DNA of 64,000 nucleotides, from the NCBI GenBank assembly GCA_026388335.1, contig JAPLJZ010000245.1, forward strand, positions 3,137 to 67,136, given 5' to 3'. Origin of the DNA: Deltaproteobacteria bacterium (GTDB lineage: Bacteria > Desulfobacterota > Syntrophia > Syntrophales > UBA8958). The notes beneath the pieces are model-generated. The model searched no databases and was not told the DNA's origin. It worked only from the letters and a program-made list of their open reading frames with translations. Below, piece by piece: positions 1 through 9,970 of this stretch (position 1 is its first letter; the number at the start of each line of letters is the position of its first letter). The translations under genes were made by a program, and so were the position numbers.

Positions 1-1041
1 GGCGCATACAATGATCAACGTCGACACCAGTCGATATCGACTGGTATAGAGGAAAATGTCTATCCCGTAACCGTTTCGAGATATGGTGATTGCTATGGAT
101 GAAATAATTAAAAAAATAGTGAAAAAATAAATTACGGGATTGACCCTGTAATACTTTTTATAATGTAAGTAGCAGAACCATGACGCGATAATGATGCCTG
201 CAATGATGGAAGGATACTCCAGACCGAAGCCTGCCGATGATCCGATCAGCCCAAAAAAATATTTTATCAAACTCAGGGACAAAATCCTGTCTGATGCTAC
301 GTGATTTATAGGCACCTGAGCGGTTTCAAAATTAAGAAAATAGGAAAAAATCATTAAGGCCGAAGAGAGAAGCCAGACGAACGCGAATTTATAGTTATGC
401 TGGATTACCAGAAAAATAAATCCGATTGCATATACAAAGAGTCCGTTTGTAGATGTAAATGGTGTAATGACCGATACCAACAAGGCCAGTAGAAATGTAA
501 TTTTTGTCTGCATATTTAACAAGTAAATACATAAAAGTGAGAAACAGAAAACGTAAAAGTGATTTAACGCGACAATCGACCATGTGCTGGATTCCCAATA
601 CTGTATCTGGAAATATAAATACGGAATGGGCAGTAAGGCCATTAACTTGTATTTCTTTTCTATGACAGACGATTTATATAGCAAGTAGAAGGTCAATAAT
701 AAAGCGGCATTGCCTACAATAGTAAGCCTAACGAAATTCAAGTTATTATTTATCAGATAATCGCCTAAGGCAATCATTTTCGCGAACGCTATTTTATACT
801 CGGCCGTCTGCGAAAATAGCAAACTAAGGAATTCATTAATTGAATGAACATCATGATAATTGTTCATAAATCCGAGAAGCAAAGGATAATCATCATAATG
901 AGGGATATTTATGGAAAAGCGAAGGATGGTAACAGAATAAATTATGATCGGAAGGAAAAAAATAACGCCCATAGCCCCGCGGGCAAGGTATCCGCTTGCT
1001 CCCCATATATTATTTTTGAATGTTTCGTAATTTAATTGCAT
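1..1041 (-). CDS. Polytopic membrane protein, GT-C-like putative lipid-linked sugar transferase; 3' end runs off the window
   Basis: Manually translated from ATG at 1041 with no stop to position 1 (MQLNYETF...NIPHYDDY...QYWESSTW...TSTNGL...SRNGYGIDIFLYTSRYRLV). Many hydrophobic segments, acidic DD in the first loop. Absent from the ORF track because it lacks a stop. Confidence 0.75.
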   Translation of the reverse strand, partial: MQLNYETFKNNIWGASGYLARGAMGVIFFLPIIIYSVTILRFSINIPHYDDYPLLLGFMNNYHDVHSINEFLSLLFSQTAEYKIAFAKMIALGDYLINNNLNFVRLTIVGNAALLLTFYLLYKSSVIEKKYKLMALLPIPYLYFQIQYWESSTWSIVALNHFYVFCFSLLCIYLLNMQTKITFLLALLVSVITPFTSTNGLFVYAIGFIFLVIQHNYKFAFVWLLSSALMIFSYFLNFETAQVPINHVASDRILSLSLIKYFFGLIGSSAGFGLEYPSIIAGIIIASWFCYLHYKKYYRVNPVIYFFTIFLIISSIAITISRNGYGIDIFLYTSRYRLVSTLIIVCA

Positions 1042-1081
1042 CTTAGATCGCTTATTAATATCTTATGATTGTTACTTATCT

Positions 1082-1711
1082 TCATATTGAATCATTCTTT
1101 TTGATTAGACACATGGTAAGCATTTGCCATCCGATAACGCCGGATATTCTCAGTGGGTAAATATACTCCTTTTCCAAAAGAAAAAACGGCGCCAGCAATT
1201 TCGAATATTCTTCATATGTCCTGAAATAATCCCCTCTGTCAAGCCGCTCCAGCATGTGACGGATAATTTTACTGCGAGGCGCTGTCAGTGGCTCTGATAT
1301 GACAATACGTCCCTCAGTTTTCATATTATGCGAAGATAGGCTGGCAAACAGAGATTCAATATCCTTGTCCTGCATATGATGCAGCAAGGAATTGATTAGT
1401 ACCAAATCGAATGAATTCGGTGGCAAATCGGATTTGGTGATATCCTGGACGAAAAAATCCCGCTGAGGATAGGTCGCTTTGGCATGTGCAATATATCGTT
1501 CATTAATGTCAACACCCGTATACCTGCAGTCTTTGAACAATCGTGTGTTTGTCCCGGGACCGCAGCCGATATCAAGAACGGATAAATTTAAATGAACCGG
1601 CATCACCTTTCTTATTGCGCGAATCTTTTGGCCATTGAGCAAGCTGGACCATAATGAATAGCAGATTGGGGCTTCAAGTATTCTGTCTTTCCATGAAAAT
1701 AACGAATCCAT
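1082..1711 (-). CDS. Class I SAM-dependent methyltransferase
   Basis: VLDIGCGPG motif I, GVDIN, LLHH. Confidence 0.9.
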   Translation of the reverse strand: MDSLFSWKDRILEAPICYSLWSSLLNGQKIRAIRKVMPVHLNLSVLDIGCGPGTNTRLFKDCRYTGVDINERYIAHAKATYPQRDFFVQDITKSDLPPNSFDLVLINSLLHHMQDKDIESLFASLSSHNMKTEGRIVISEPLTAPRSKIIRHMLERLDRGDYFRTYEEYSKLLAPFFLLEKEYIYPLRISGVIGWQMLTMCLIKKNDSI

Positions 1712-1714
1712 TAA

Positions 1715-2515
1715 TTATATTAATCTTTTTTCAACAACACTGCCAAGGTGGCAACCTTGCAGTTCCTGTTTTTTTGTTACTAATGCAATCAAGGTACTTC
1801 CGAACGGAATGCGAAAATATGGTTCCATGATCATTTCTATTCTATTCAATTCGAGCAATACCCTATTCAGTAACGGGTGTACGGGTGGAAACTCGCAATT
1901 ATCTTTGTCGAAACGCTTCTTCAGGAAGATTCTCGTAAAGAAAATTGGTAACGAAAGATAGCTTAAAAAGTAATTCATATATACTATTTTCCCGCCTGTG
2001 CTGTCGATAAGATCAAAGAGCCCCTTCCTTGAATATCTTCTGTGATGATTGAGCGCAGTATCCCAACTGGAAAAAAGGAATGGATGGGCCGGAACAGAAA
2101 TCACTAAGTAGGCATTTGTTTCCAATGACAATAAAAGATTCCCTAAAAATGAGACATCATCTTCAATATGCTCCAAGACATCCATAAGGAAAACCAGATC
2201 CCTGGTTCGGACAACCGAAAAATCGCCCGGATCCATATGCATATAAAATCCGCCATGTAATCCTGCATAATGAATCGCCTGCTTCGAGGCATCGACTCCG
2301 AGACAGCTCTTGAATTTAAGCCGTTTGTTCAGTTCGAATAAAAAGCCGCCCGTGCCGCATCCGTAATCTAGAACACTTAAATTGGACGTAACCGGAAAAT
2401 GCCTGCGTATAACCTTCTCGGCAAAGTTGATCCTTGTCACGTGCCACCAGTAAGATCCTTCAAGATCAGAGAGGCTTTTATAGTGAACATCAGGAAGGTA
2501 GTCTTTCATGGCCAT
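1715..2515 (-). CDS. Class I SAM-dependent methyltransferase
   Basis: VLDYGCGTG, DVLEHIEDD, SVPA...HHRRYS. Confidence 0.9.
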   Translation of the reverse strand: MAMKDYLPDVHYKSLSDLEGSYWWHVTRINFAEKVIRRHFPVTSNLSVLDYGCGTGGFLFELNKRLKFKSCLGVDASKQAIHYAGLHGGFYMHMDPGDFSVVRTRDLVFLMDVLEHIEDDVSFLGNLLLSLETNAYLVISVPAHPFLFSSWDTALNHHRRYSRKGLFDLIDSTGGKIVYMNYFLSYLSLPIFFTRIFLKKRFDKDNCEFPPVHPLLNRVLLELNRIEMIMEPYFRIPFGSTLIALVTKKQELQGCHLGSVVEKRLI

Positions 2516-2583
2516 TCAAAAGGAGAGACGCTTACTTTTATGATAGTCCAGTGCATGTTGAAGGCGCGCATGTCTTCCGAAAT

Positions 2584-4140
2584 CTAACTACTTTCGCCGA
2601 GTTTTATGTTCTTGCTCAAAAATATCCTGCTTCTCCTGTAAACAACGTCTGTGATAAATTTCGCGTAACGTGTTTCTTCCTTTTTGAAAAAGAGGGCATT
2701 CAGAATGTTCTTGATGGTTTTTATCGGGAAAAAGAGGAAAGAGGTGAAATAGAAATTTACTAATAATCTTAGTTGCCATCGGTAAATCTCTTCTGGAGAC
2801 AAATCTCGCGCGAAAGAATAGTTTCCCTTCAGGTAAAAGTTCATTGTACTCAGTAGATAGTCGTTGTTTAATTCAATTATTCCAGAGTTCATCAGTTCAT
2901 CAAAGAGTTCACTGCCCGGATACGGCACAAACTGGGAGACTCCAATGTCCGTAACTCCGAGACGGGCCAAATTTCTTACATACTTCAAAGTCAATTTAAG
3001 CGTTTCTGCTGATTCAGAAGGAAAACCGACGACAATAAAGCATGAGAGGTTGATTTTGTTTGCCACTGCAATTTTAATGGCTCTTTCCATATGATCGAGA
3101 TTGACCTGTTTTTTGACCGATTTCAGTATTTCCGGCGAGGCGGATTCCGGGGCAAACGCGATGTTTCTACAGCCGGACTTGTGCGTTGCCTTAGCTACTT
3201 CATCATCGAAGCTTTCGATACGTGTTCCGCTTGGGAGTTGCCAAGTGATCTTCAATCCCTGCCTGACGATTTCCTGCGCCAGGATCATCACCTTTTTCTT
3301 GTCGACAAAGGCCGTCAGATCCTGGAAATTGAAGTTTTCTATCCTGTATTTATCGATATAATTTTTCATTTCAGAGACGACATCATATGGATTTCTTGCA
3401 CTGAACTTAGCATCCCACATCCTGCGGTTACTGCAAAAGGTACACTTGAAAGGACATCCACGACTCGAAATGATTGGCATAGAGCGACCGCGGTTAACCC
3501 CATTTTGGAGATCCGCATCGATATAGTTTTCTATGGGGATGCTCGACCAGTCTGGCCACGGTATCGAATCGAGGTCTTTGATACGATCTTCCCTCGGATT
3601 AACCGTAATGCTGTTTGTGATCCCGTCCTGAAAAGCGACACCTCTGATTCCCGATAATGATTCACCCTGCCGGACGGCATTGATCAAAGCAGGAAAGATT
3701 CTCTCGCCTTCTCCCATAACAACGGCATTCAGAGCGCTGTCCAGCAGGGAAAACTCCGGCAGGGCTGTCACCTGTTCGCCGCCGGCAACCATGAAGACTA
3801 AGGGAAAGTTCATTCGGATGCGTTTTGTCAGTTCCGAGATAATTGGCCACTGGACTCCGAACATGCAACTAATGCCGATAACATCCGTGTCCATTGGGAT
3901 TCTGCTTAAAGCCTCTTCAATAGTCAAACCTTGTACAAAAAGGTCGGTTCTTTTTTCGTAGGGATAAACTTGATTAAGGGCCTCCCCCGCCATGTCAATG
4001 ACCTTGTACCTATATCCACTTTTATTTAGGACGGCAGCGATATAAGCAAGACCTATGGGAGGATTGGGGGAATTCAGTCCAAGGCTCTTGATTGCCTTTA
4101 TGCCCGGCGGATTGATTAGAGTGATTGTTTTAATGGACAT
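2584..4140 (-). CDS. Cobalamin-binding radical SAM protein (class B methyltransferase-like)
   Basis: PPIGLAYIAA, GGEQVT, GEGE, SRGCPFKCTFC (CxxxCxxC), PYPGS. Confidence 0.9.
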   Translation of the reverse strand: MSIKTITLINPPGIKAIKSLGLNSPNPPIGLAYIAAVLNKSGYRYKVIDMAGEALNQVYPYEKRTDLFVQGLTIEEALSRIPMDTDVIGISCMFGVQWPIISELTKRIRMNFPLVFMVAGGEQVTALPEFSLLDSALNAVVMGEGERIFPALINAVRQGESLSGIRGVAFQDGITNSITVNPREDRIKDLDSIPWPDWSSIPIENYIDADLQNGVNRGRSMPIISSRGCPFKCTFCSNRRMWDAKFSARNPYDVVSEMKNYIDKYRIENFNFQDLTAFVDKKKVMILAQEIVRQGLKITWQLPSGTRIESFDDEVAKATHKSGCRNIAFAPESASPEILKSVKKQVNLDHMERAIKIAVANKINLSCFIVVGFPSESAETLKLTLKYVRNLARLGVTDIGVSQFVPYPGSELFDELMNSGIIELNNDYLLSTMNFYLKGNYSFARDLSPEEIYRWQLRLLVNFYFTSFLFFPIKTIKNILNALFFKKEETRYAKFITDVVYRRSRIFLSKNIKLGESS

Positions 4141-4174
4141 TGCTGTTAAGAATACTATTTCCTTGATGTTTAAT

Positions 4175-5146
4175 TCAGGATTCGTTGATCGTCTTATCGA
4201 TTTGTCCAGGGTTTCTCAAAACCTTTTCTACGATATAATAGGGACGATTGCGAACTTCATCGAAGATGCGGGCAATATACTCACCGAGGATGCCCATGAA
4301 GGTGATTTGAATTCCAAGCAGGAATAAAAATGCCAAGATCACGGATGTCCATCCTGGCAAATCATGGTAGAAAGGAATATATGATTTGAATAGCTTCATG
4401 GTAACCAGGATGATCGACATGATTACTATCGTTGCAAGAATGAACATTCCTGAATAAGTTAACAGCCTAATTGGAAGAAAAGAGAAAGAAAAAAAAGCGT
4501 TAAATGCGTAATTCATTAATTTGCGAAAGGATTGCCTCGGTTTGCCGGCAAATCTTTTTTCACGGTTATAGGATACGGATACCTGCTTGAAACCCAACAT
4601 ATATCTTAATCCGACATAATACTTGTTTCTTTCTTTGAGCTGTATCAATTCGCGGATTACCTTTTCATCCATGAGAGAGAACATCCCCGCCTGCTTTTCA
4701 ACCGAAATATCCGAGATAGTCTGTAAAATACTGTAGAAAATGGAAAAGAGAAATTTCTTAAATATACTCTCCTGTCTCGTTTCTTTTAATGCATAAACAA
4801 CATCAAACCCCTCTTCCCATTTCTGCAAAAACACGCTTATCATTTCAGGTGGATCTTCGAGGTCCCCGTCCATGAGGATAACAGCGTTTCCTGTTACATG
4901 ATCCAACCCGGCATTATAGGCATTTTGATGACCCCAATTTCGTGAAAGCTTGAGAATGATCAGCCGTGAATCTGATCTCTGAATCTGGAGAAGATTGCAA
5001 AGTGTGCTGTCTGTGCTCCCATCGTCGACCAGAATAAATTCAAATTGATACGGAAGAGCGGACGTCGCTTTTTGAAGTCGACCTATCAACTCAGATACAA
5101 TCGCTTCCTCATTATACACTGGTATGACGATGCTGACCTTTTTCAT
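4175..5146 (-). CDS. GT2 polyprenol-phosphate glycosyltransferase (GtrB/ArnC-like)
   Basis: SIVIPVYNEE, DDGSTD, LSRNWGHQ, MDGDLEDPP, two C-terminal TM helices, GEYIARIF...RPYYIV; start moved to ATG 5146 (SD-like GAGG). Confidence 0.9.
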   Translation of the reverse strand: MKKVSIVIPVYNEEAIVSELIGRLQKATSALPYQFEFILVDDGSTDSTLCNLLQIQRSDSRLIILKLSRNWGHQNAYNAGLDHVTGNAVILMDGDLEDPPEMISVFLQKWEEGFDVVYALKETRQESIFKKFLFSIFYSILQTISDISVEKQAGMFSLMDEKVIRELIQLKERNKYYVGLRYMLGFKQVSVSYNREKRFAGKPRQSFRKLMNYAFNAFFSFSFLPIRLLTYSGMFILATIVIMSIILVTMKLFKSYIPFYHDLPGWTSVILAFLFLLGIQITFMGILGEYIARIFDEVRNRPYYIVEKVLRNPGQIDKTINES

Positions 5147-5171
5147 TTGCAACCTCTTCAGGAGAACTTGC

Positions 5172-5957
5172 TTAGCTGCATCGCTGCATCGACAGGTATT
5201 GCCGCCAACGATACCAGTCCCAGTCTCCATGTAATTTTTGTCTGAAGATCCGGATGGAGTCTTCAGACAAAATGCACGTTCGAAACAGCATTAGTAAATC
5301 AGACGACGAATTATTGATATCACAATAACTCGATGCCCCAAGCCTGAAGCCGGCATTTTCCGCAGCATCTCTGACACGTTTGTTGCTGCATCCATGAGGG
5401 TAAGAGATCATCGTTATTTCTTTACCCGTTAAATCCTCGAGATAGTGTTTGCTCGATTCAAGCTCGTTCTGCAATTCTCTGTCATCGCATTCAGTAAGAG
5501 GTCGATGAGTAACACCGTGAGAACCGATTGACACCAAGGAATTCGCTGATAATGCACGGAGTTCAGTTTCGTTTAGAAAAGGGAAAGAACCCCCGCGTAT
5601 ATAAGATGTTGTGGCAAATACAGTGAAAGGTATTTTATATTTATCCAAGATCGGCGCCGCGACTGACAGATTATCTCTATAACCATCATCGAAAGTGATA
5701 ACAACGCCTTCCATCTTCCTCATGGAAATAACATCATTTAAAGGGATGGTTACAGAGGTATCGCGACATGACAGTTCTGTCATATGTTTTTCAAACAGCC
5801 GGGAAGAGAGACAGAAGAGATTTTCATGAGCATCATTTGTCTGAGTTCCGATTGCATGATAAAGAAGAATTCGTAGTCCTTTGCGTGGCTTTGAATATCG
5901 ACGCGCAATTGCAGAGATTTCGGATATCCCGCACGTGATCATTTGCCGCCAATTCAT
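5172..5957 (-). CDS. Polysaccharide deacetylase (CE4/NodB family)
   Basis: LLYH, ITFDDGY, IGSHGVTH, SYPHG; ATGA overlap with the upstream stop at 5954-5957. Confidence 0.88.
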   Translation of the reverse strand: MNWRQMITCGISEISAIARRYSKPRKGLRILLYHAIGTQTNDAHENLFCLSSRLFEKHMTELSCRDTSVTIPLNDVISMRKMEGVVITFDDGYRDNLSVAAPILDKYKIPFTVFATTSYIRGGSFPFLNETELRALSANSLVSIGSHGVTHRPLTECDDRELQNELESSKHYLEDLTGKEITMISYPHGCSNKRVRDAAENAGFRLGASSYCDINNSSSDLLMLFRTCILSEDSIRIFRQKLHGDWDWYRWRQYLSMQRCS

Positions 5958-6955
5958 ACCCTTCCTGCTTTGTAACGGATTGCACAATTTGCAGCAAAAC
6001 GCATTGTTGCGGAAGTTGCCCACTCCCACTCACCGAGATATTCGACTTCTCTGGCTCCCGTGCCTTTCTTAAAATGATAGACACCTTCGTTCGTGTGCGG
6101 GTCAATACCACCCATATCATATAAGGCGACGCCAGCGTTGCTGCAATGCTCAATCAACTTCCAGAACAAGAGATACGAAGCGTAGAGATTGCGCCCCTTG
6201 ACCGTGGTAGCGGCAAACAAGTCCCAAGCCTTTTTTCCGATGAGGGCACATCCCCTGAAAGCGATAAGATCTCCCACTTCATCAGTACAGCAATAAAGAA
6301 CTATTTTATCACCGAAGATTTCAAAGATTTTATCAAGTTCACTTCGTGAATATTGCTCCGATATGACCTTATATTCCTGTAGTTCGTCGTAAATAGCTAT
6401 CATTGCATCGATATTGGGAGGTAACCAGCGCGTGATGGATAAATTTAATTTCTGAGAACGCCGCAGATTATGCCGCCAATTACCGCTGCAAGATTTGAGG
6501 CGACTCTGTTCGTCTTCTTCGCACTGGTACAACATGCTCATGCCGCTGAGCATAGGTTGGCACGTTCTACTCCATCCCTGTGATTTAAGTGCCAGGGCAT
6601 CTGCCGCACGATAGGAACGGGTTGGAGTGATTCGACAATATAGCCTTTTTATGCCTGTTGTTTTTGCAATCGTTTGTTGTAACTCCCGGTTCCACACAGA
6701 AATGTCACCGACCGGTCCACCGGGAACCCACAAGATGCCAAAACCTCCGGGATATTTGCGCAACAGACCCTGCATCATGGCCATTATCTCGCCAGTATCA
6801 GTAAAGGCAGCCCATCGACAAGGCCGCCAGCCGAAGCAACCCCGGTAATCGCCCCAAGAGAGAGTCTGTAAGTATGAAGAATCTTCAAAGCGGATCAGAT
6901 TGGCATCCCAGTCTGCAAGATCCTTTTCGGAAGAAAGTAGCGTCCACTTTACCAT
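5954..6955 (-). CDS. FemAB/FemX-like GNAT-fold protein (putative aminoacyl/acyl transferase)
   Basis: YLQTLSW, PGGPV, WRHNLRRS, YDMGGID, GVYHFKKGTG, YLGEWE. Confidence 0.8.
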   Translation of the reverse strand: MVKWTLLSSEKDLADWDANLIRFEDSSYLQTLSWGDYRGCFGWRPCRWAAFTDTGEIMAMMQGLLRKYPGGFGILWVPGGPVGDISVWNRELQQTIAKTTGIKRLYCRITPTRSYRAADALALKSQGWSRTCQPMLSGMSMLYQCEEDEQSRLKSCSGNWRHNLRRSQKLNLSITRWLPPNIDAMIAIYDELQEYKVISEQYSRSELDKIFEIFGDKIVLYCCTDEVGDLIAFRGCALIGKKAWDLFAATTVKGRNLYASYLLFWKLIEHCSNAGVALYDMGGIDPHTNEGVYHFKKGTGAREVEYLGEWEWATSATMRFAANCAIRYKAGRV

Positions 6956-8019
6956 AAAAAAGGGATCATCCACACCGATTTATATTCAGTAGGGGCTTCC
7001 GGCGCGACGGCATCCGGCAGTTCGGGCCAAGGAAAGCATTCCAGATGGAGCTTTTTCAGAACCTCTTTTGCTTTGTCTATCCGGTGTCCTGAGGCATAAA
7101 AGGGGTAAGTATAGGGAACGACTTGTGCCGATAGGGTGGCGAAGACTGGTTCAAAATCGTTCTGTCTCATAACAGAATCAAGCAAACGATACAATCCTCG
7201 ACGACGCGATATTTCCTGTTCCACATCCAGATAATCGAGAGAATACCGGAGTTCTATACAGGGTGCGGCGTTTACCGGCAATCTAAATTCCGCATCGGGT
7301 GCTGACGGTGCGATCCAATGTCCGGTTGTGATCTTTCTTACTGTTCGGATGAATAAAGAAAGATACCTGATCATCCGGAGGTTGATGAACCATGATGATT
7401 TTTTCAAAAAAAGCTTCGTCGCAAACGAAATGGACATCCCTGCCTGCTTTATTTCGATTTGTGGTTTGATCGTATAGCTCTTATCACAGGCGTTGACAAC
7501 CATGGCTGCACCATTCTGGAGCATTAACGTTTTCCTTAAACTGAAAATTCCGATATCCCCCCGGGTGCCGAGCGCTTGCCCTTCTTCATCATGGCTCAGG
7601 AAGCCGTGGGCGTTATCTTCGATCAGGACGGCGCCTGTTCTCTTGCAATATCGGTGGAAAGGTTCAAGTTTCTGTGGAAAACCGAAGTAATTGACCGCAA
7701 GTATGACCTTTGCCCACGGCAAGGAATCAGGATCGTCCGCAAGTTGCGTATGCTTATCTACATTGTAATAACTGGGAATTGCGCCGATTGTGTTGATGGC
7801 GGACAAGAGATCCCGGCAGATAAAGCCGGGAATAAGGACTTTATCGTCTTTCACAATACCCGCAGCCTGAAGGGCTTCAAAAAGAGCCCATCGACAGTAG
7901 CCAAAGTAGCGAACAGGATGTCGGCCGATGAAGTCATCAAAGCTCCAAGATACCTTTCGGGATGGGGGAAAATACAGTTTATGAATATATCCGGCGATAT
8001 CCTTCGGGGATACTGTCAT
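6949..8019 (-). CDS. Divergent DegT/DnrJ/EryC1/StrS-family PLP enzyme
   Basis: VLIPGFIC, VNYFGF, IEDNAHG, FSLRK (PLP lysine). Confidence 0.75.
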   Translation of the reverse strand: MTVSPKDIAGYIHKLYFPPSRKVSWSFDDFIGRHPVRYFGYCRWALFEALQAAGIVKDDKVLIPGFICRDLLSAINTIGAIPSYYNVDKHTQLADDPDSLPWAKVILAVNYFGFPQKLEPFHRYCKRTGAVLIEDNAHGFLSHDEEGQALGTRGDIGIFSLRKTLMLQNGAAMVVNACDKSYTIKPQIEIKQAGMSISFATKLFLKKSSWFINLRMIRYLSLFIRTVRKITTGHWIAPSAPDAEFRLPVNAAPCIELRYSLDYLDVEQEISRRRGLYRLLDSVMRQNDFEPVFATLSAQVVPYTYPFYASGHRIDKAKEVLKKLHLECFPWPELPDAVAPEAPTEYKSVWMIPFLW

Positions 8020-8981
8020 GCCGGTACATTCTTTGAACAGGACGTTAGCGGAGGCGATATTCGTGATTCAATACATATTTGCCCCTGCCTGGCGAACAAA
8101 GAAGCCACTCGAGACAAACTTATAGAAATAAACTGTTCCAGCTTTACAGGATACCGCTCAGGTATTACATGGAGATCCGGATGAAAAAAAAGTTCTGAAT
8201 ACCGAAAATCCATACTCGCCTGCCCCGACCGAAAGGTGTGCCACTTTCTGATCCACTCCGCCCTGGACAGGCGGTTCAATTCCCATTGTCCAGTATGACC
8301 CCGGCGGTGCAGGCGTTTACCTAAAAGCCGATAGATTAGGCGGTGCAATATGGCTGGCTGCAGGTTGTAGATTTCCATGATGAATGACTTAGATAGAATG
8401 CGGTTCATTTCCTTTTGAAAGCGTTCAAAGACACTATCGGGGAAATGCTGAATCGTCTGGACAGACCATACCCCCGATATGGATCCATCTCTAATCGGCA
8501 ATTCAGAAGCATTGGCACAGACGAGCAGGACATTGCTGTCTTCACCCAAAATGCTTTTTGCAATGAGAAGATTCCCAAGAGACATGTCGATCCCGATGAT
8601 TCTGACATTTTCGTCAATCATCTCTGACCAGTGCCAGCCATATCCGATACCCACATCGAGCATCCAGGAATCCGGCGATAAACGGGATCGAAAATTATCC
8701 GCATGTATCCTCATAACAGGGATACAATGATGTTCACCGGCGAACCTGAGGAGATCATACTTCTCACGGCTGACATATTTAGCGGCAATACTATCCCTAA
8801 ATAATTTCTCATCATTTTGACTACGGCTATCATCATTTAAAAAGATAGGGATGCCATTATGAATGGGAAATAGCTTTTGACAACACAGGCATGTTAAATG
8901 ATTCCCCATGTCCTGCAAATTTAGAGACCCTTTGCAGATGGGACATGCAAGGATACATTCAACTGCTTCGGACAATAACAC
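8016..8981 (-). CDS. SAM methyltransferase with N-terminal Trm112-like zinc ribbon
   Basis: LACPICKG...CLCC...FPIHNGIP; LDVGIGYG; GIDMS. Confidence 0.8.
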   Translation of the reverse strand: MLLSEAVECILACPICKGSLNLQDMGNHLTCLCCQKLFPIHNGIPIFLNDDSRSQNDEKLFRDSIAAKYVSREKYDLLRFAGEHHCIPVMRIHADNFRSRLSPDSWMLDVGIGYGWHWSEMIDENVRIIGIDMSLGNLLIAKSILGEDSNVLLVCANASELPIRDGSISGVWSVQTIQHFPDSVFERFQKEMNRILSKSFIMEIYNLQPAILHRLIYRLLGKRLHRRGHTGQWELNRLSRAEWIRKWHTFRSGQASMDFRYSELFFHPDLHVIPERYPVKLEQFISISLSRVASLFARQGQICIESRISPPLTSCSKNVPA

Positions 8982-9039
8982 AAATATTCCTTATTAATAC
9001 GTCCTGCTCTATAAGTGGCCTTTATCCGTCAACTTAAAA

Positions 9040-9948
9040 TCATAATTTTATTTTAACCGCATTCAAGAACATAAAGAGCCAAGATTTCAAGTTAAACAGA
9101 TCACACGTCAAGGAAGTGAAAAAATATTGGCGAGCCGCCCTATGGTTACCTGATCGCATAAAGGCCCGACCTCCGCCACGAACAATGTCAGCACGACGTT
9201 TACGTATGAGATATTTATATAGAGGCGTCTTCGGCTGCCACTCTTGAAAATGGGCATTCACTACGTTAAGGTTATGTTGGCAATGTTCAGCTATTTTGGC
9301 GGTAATTCCCTGACCGAATACACGATAAACACCAAGAACAACATTTATATATGCAAAGCTGCAATTGATTTTTGCCAGACGTAGCCAAAAATCATAGTCT
9401 TCAACGCCGTTAAAGGACAAATCTTCAGAAAACCCCCCTACTATCAAAGCTTTGTCTTTTTTTACTACGGTAGCTGAAGTCGAAATTGAGTTCCCTTTAT
9501 ATAAAAGATCTCGATATGATTTATAAGGGCCACAATAATTACGTCTTATTTTCCGACCATTTTCTTCTATCCATTCATCATGGCATATAAGATCCAGGTT
9601 AGGTGATTTTTTTAAATGCTGCAAAACATTTTCAAGTTTCGGCTCCAACCACACATCATCGGCATCCAGGAAGGCAATGTAACTGCCTGAAGACGAATTG
9701 ATACCCGTATTTCTCGCTCCTCCTATGCCTTTATTTTCCTGACGAACGATTTTCACATGAATGGCCGGATGTGCATTTGCCCAACCCTTGACCCTGTCAT
9801 ATGTACCATCCGTTGATCCATCATCTACAACAACGATCTCATAATCCGATACGGATTGCTGATCAATTGAATTCAATGCATCTTCAATAAATAACTCGGC
9901 ATTATATGCGGGAACCACAACGCTGATAAAGGGTACAGGTGGCAACAA
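9040..9948 (-). CDS. Glycosyltransferase family 2
   Basis: SVVVPAYN, VDDGSTDGT, FLDADD, EDYDFWLR; start approximate (TTG). Confidence 0.9.
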   Translation of the reverse strand: MLPPVPFISVVVPAYNAELFIEDALNSIDQQSVSDYEIVVVDDGSTDGTYDRVKGWANAHPAIHVKIVRQENKGIGGARNTGINSSSGSYIAFLDADDVWLEPKLENVLQHLKKSPNLDLICHDEWIEENGRKIRRNYCGPYKSYRDLLYKGNSISTSATVVKKDKALIVGGFSEDLSFNGVEDYDFWLRLAKINCSFAYINVVLGVYRVFGQGITAKIAEHCQHNLNVVNAHFQEWQPKTPLYKYLIRKRRADIVRGGGRAFMRSGNHRAARQYFFTSLTCDLFNLKSWLFMFLNAVKIKL

Positions 9949-9970
9949 TCTATATCCTAATCTGTTGTTA

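Noticed and set aside
26-45. Perfect 20-bp palindrome ACCAGTCGATATCGACTGGT
   Set aside because: Single copy inside coding sequence (TSRYRLV); plausibly chance, with no supporting context
395-598. Short ORFs 395-598 (-) and 844-1035 (+)
   Set aside because: They lie within the longer membrane-protein frame 1041 to 1
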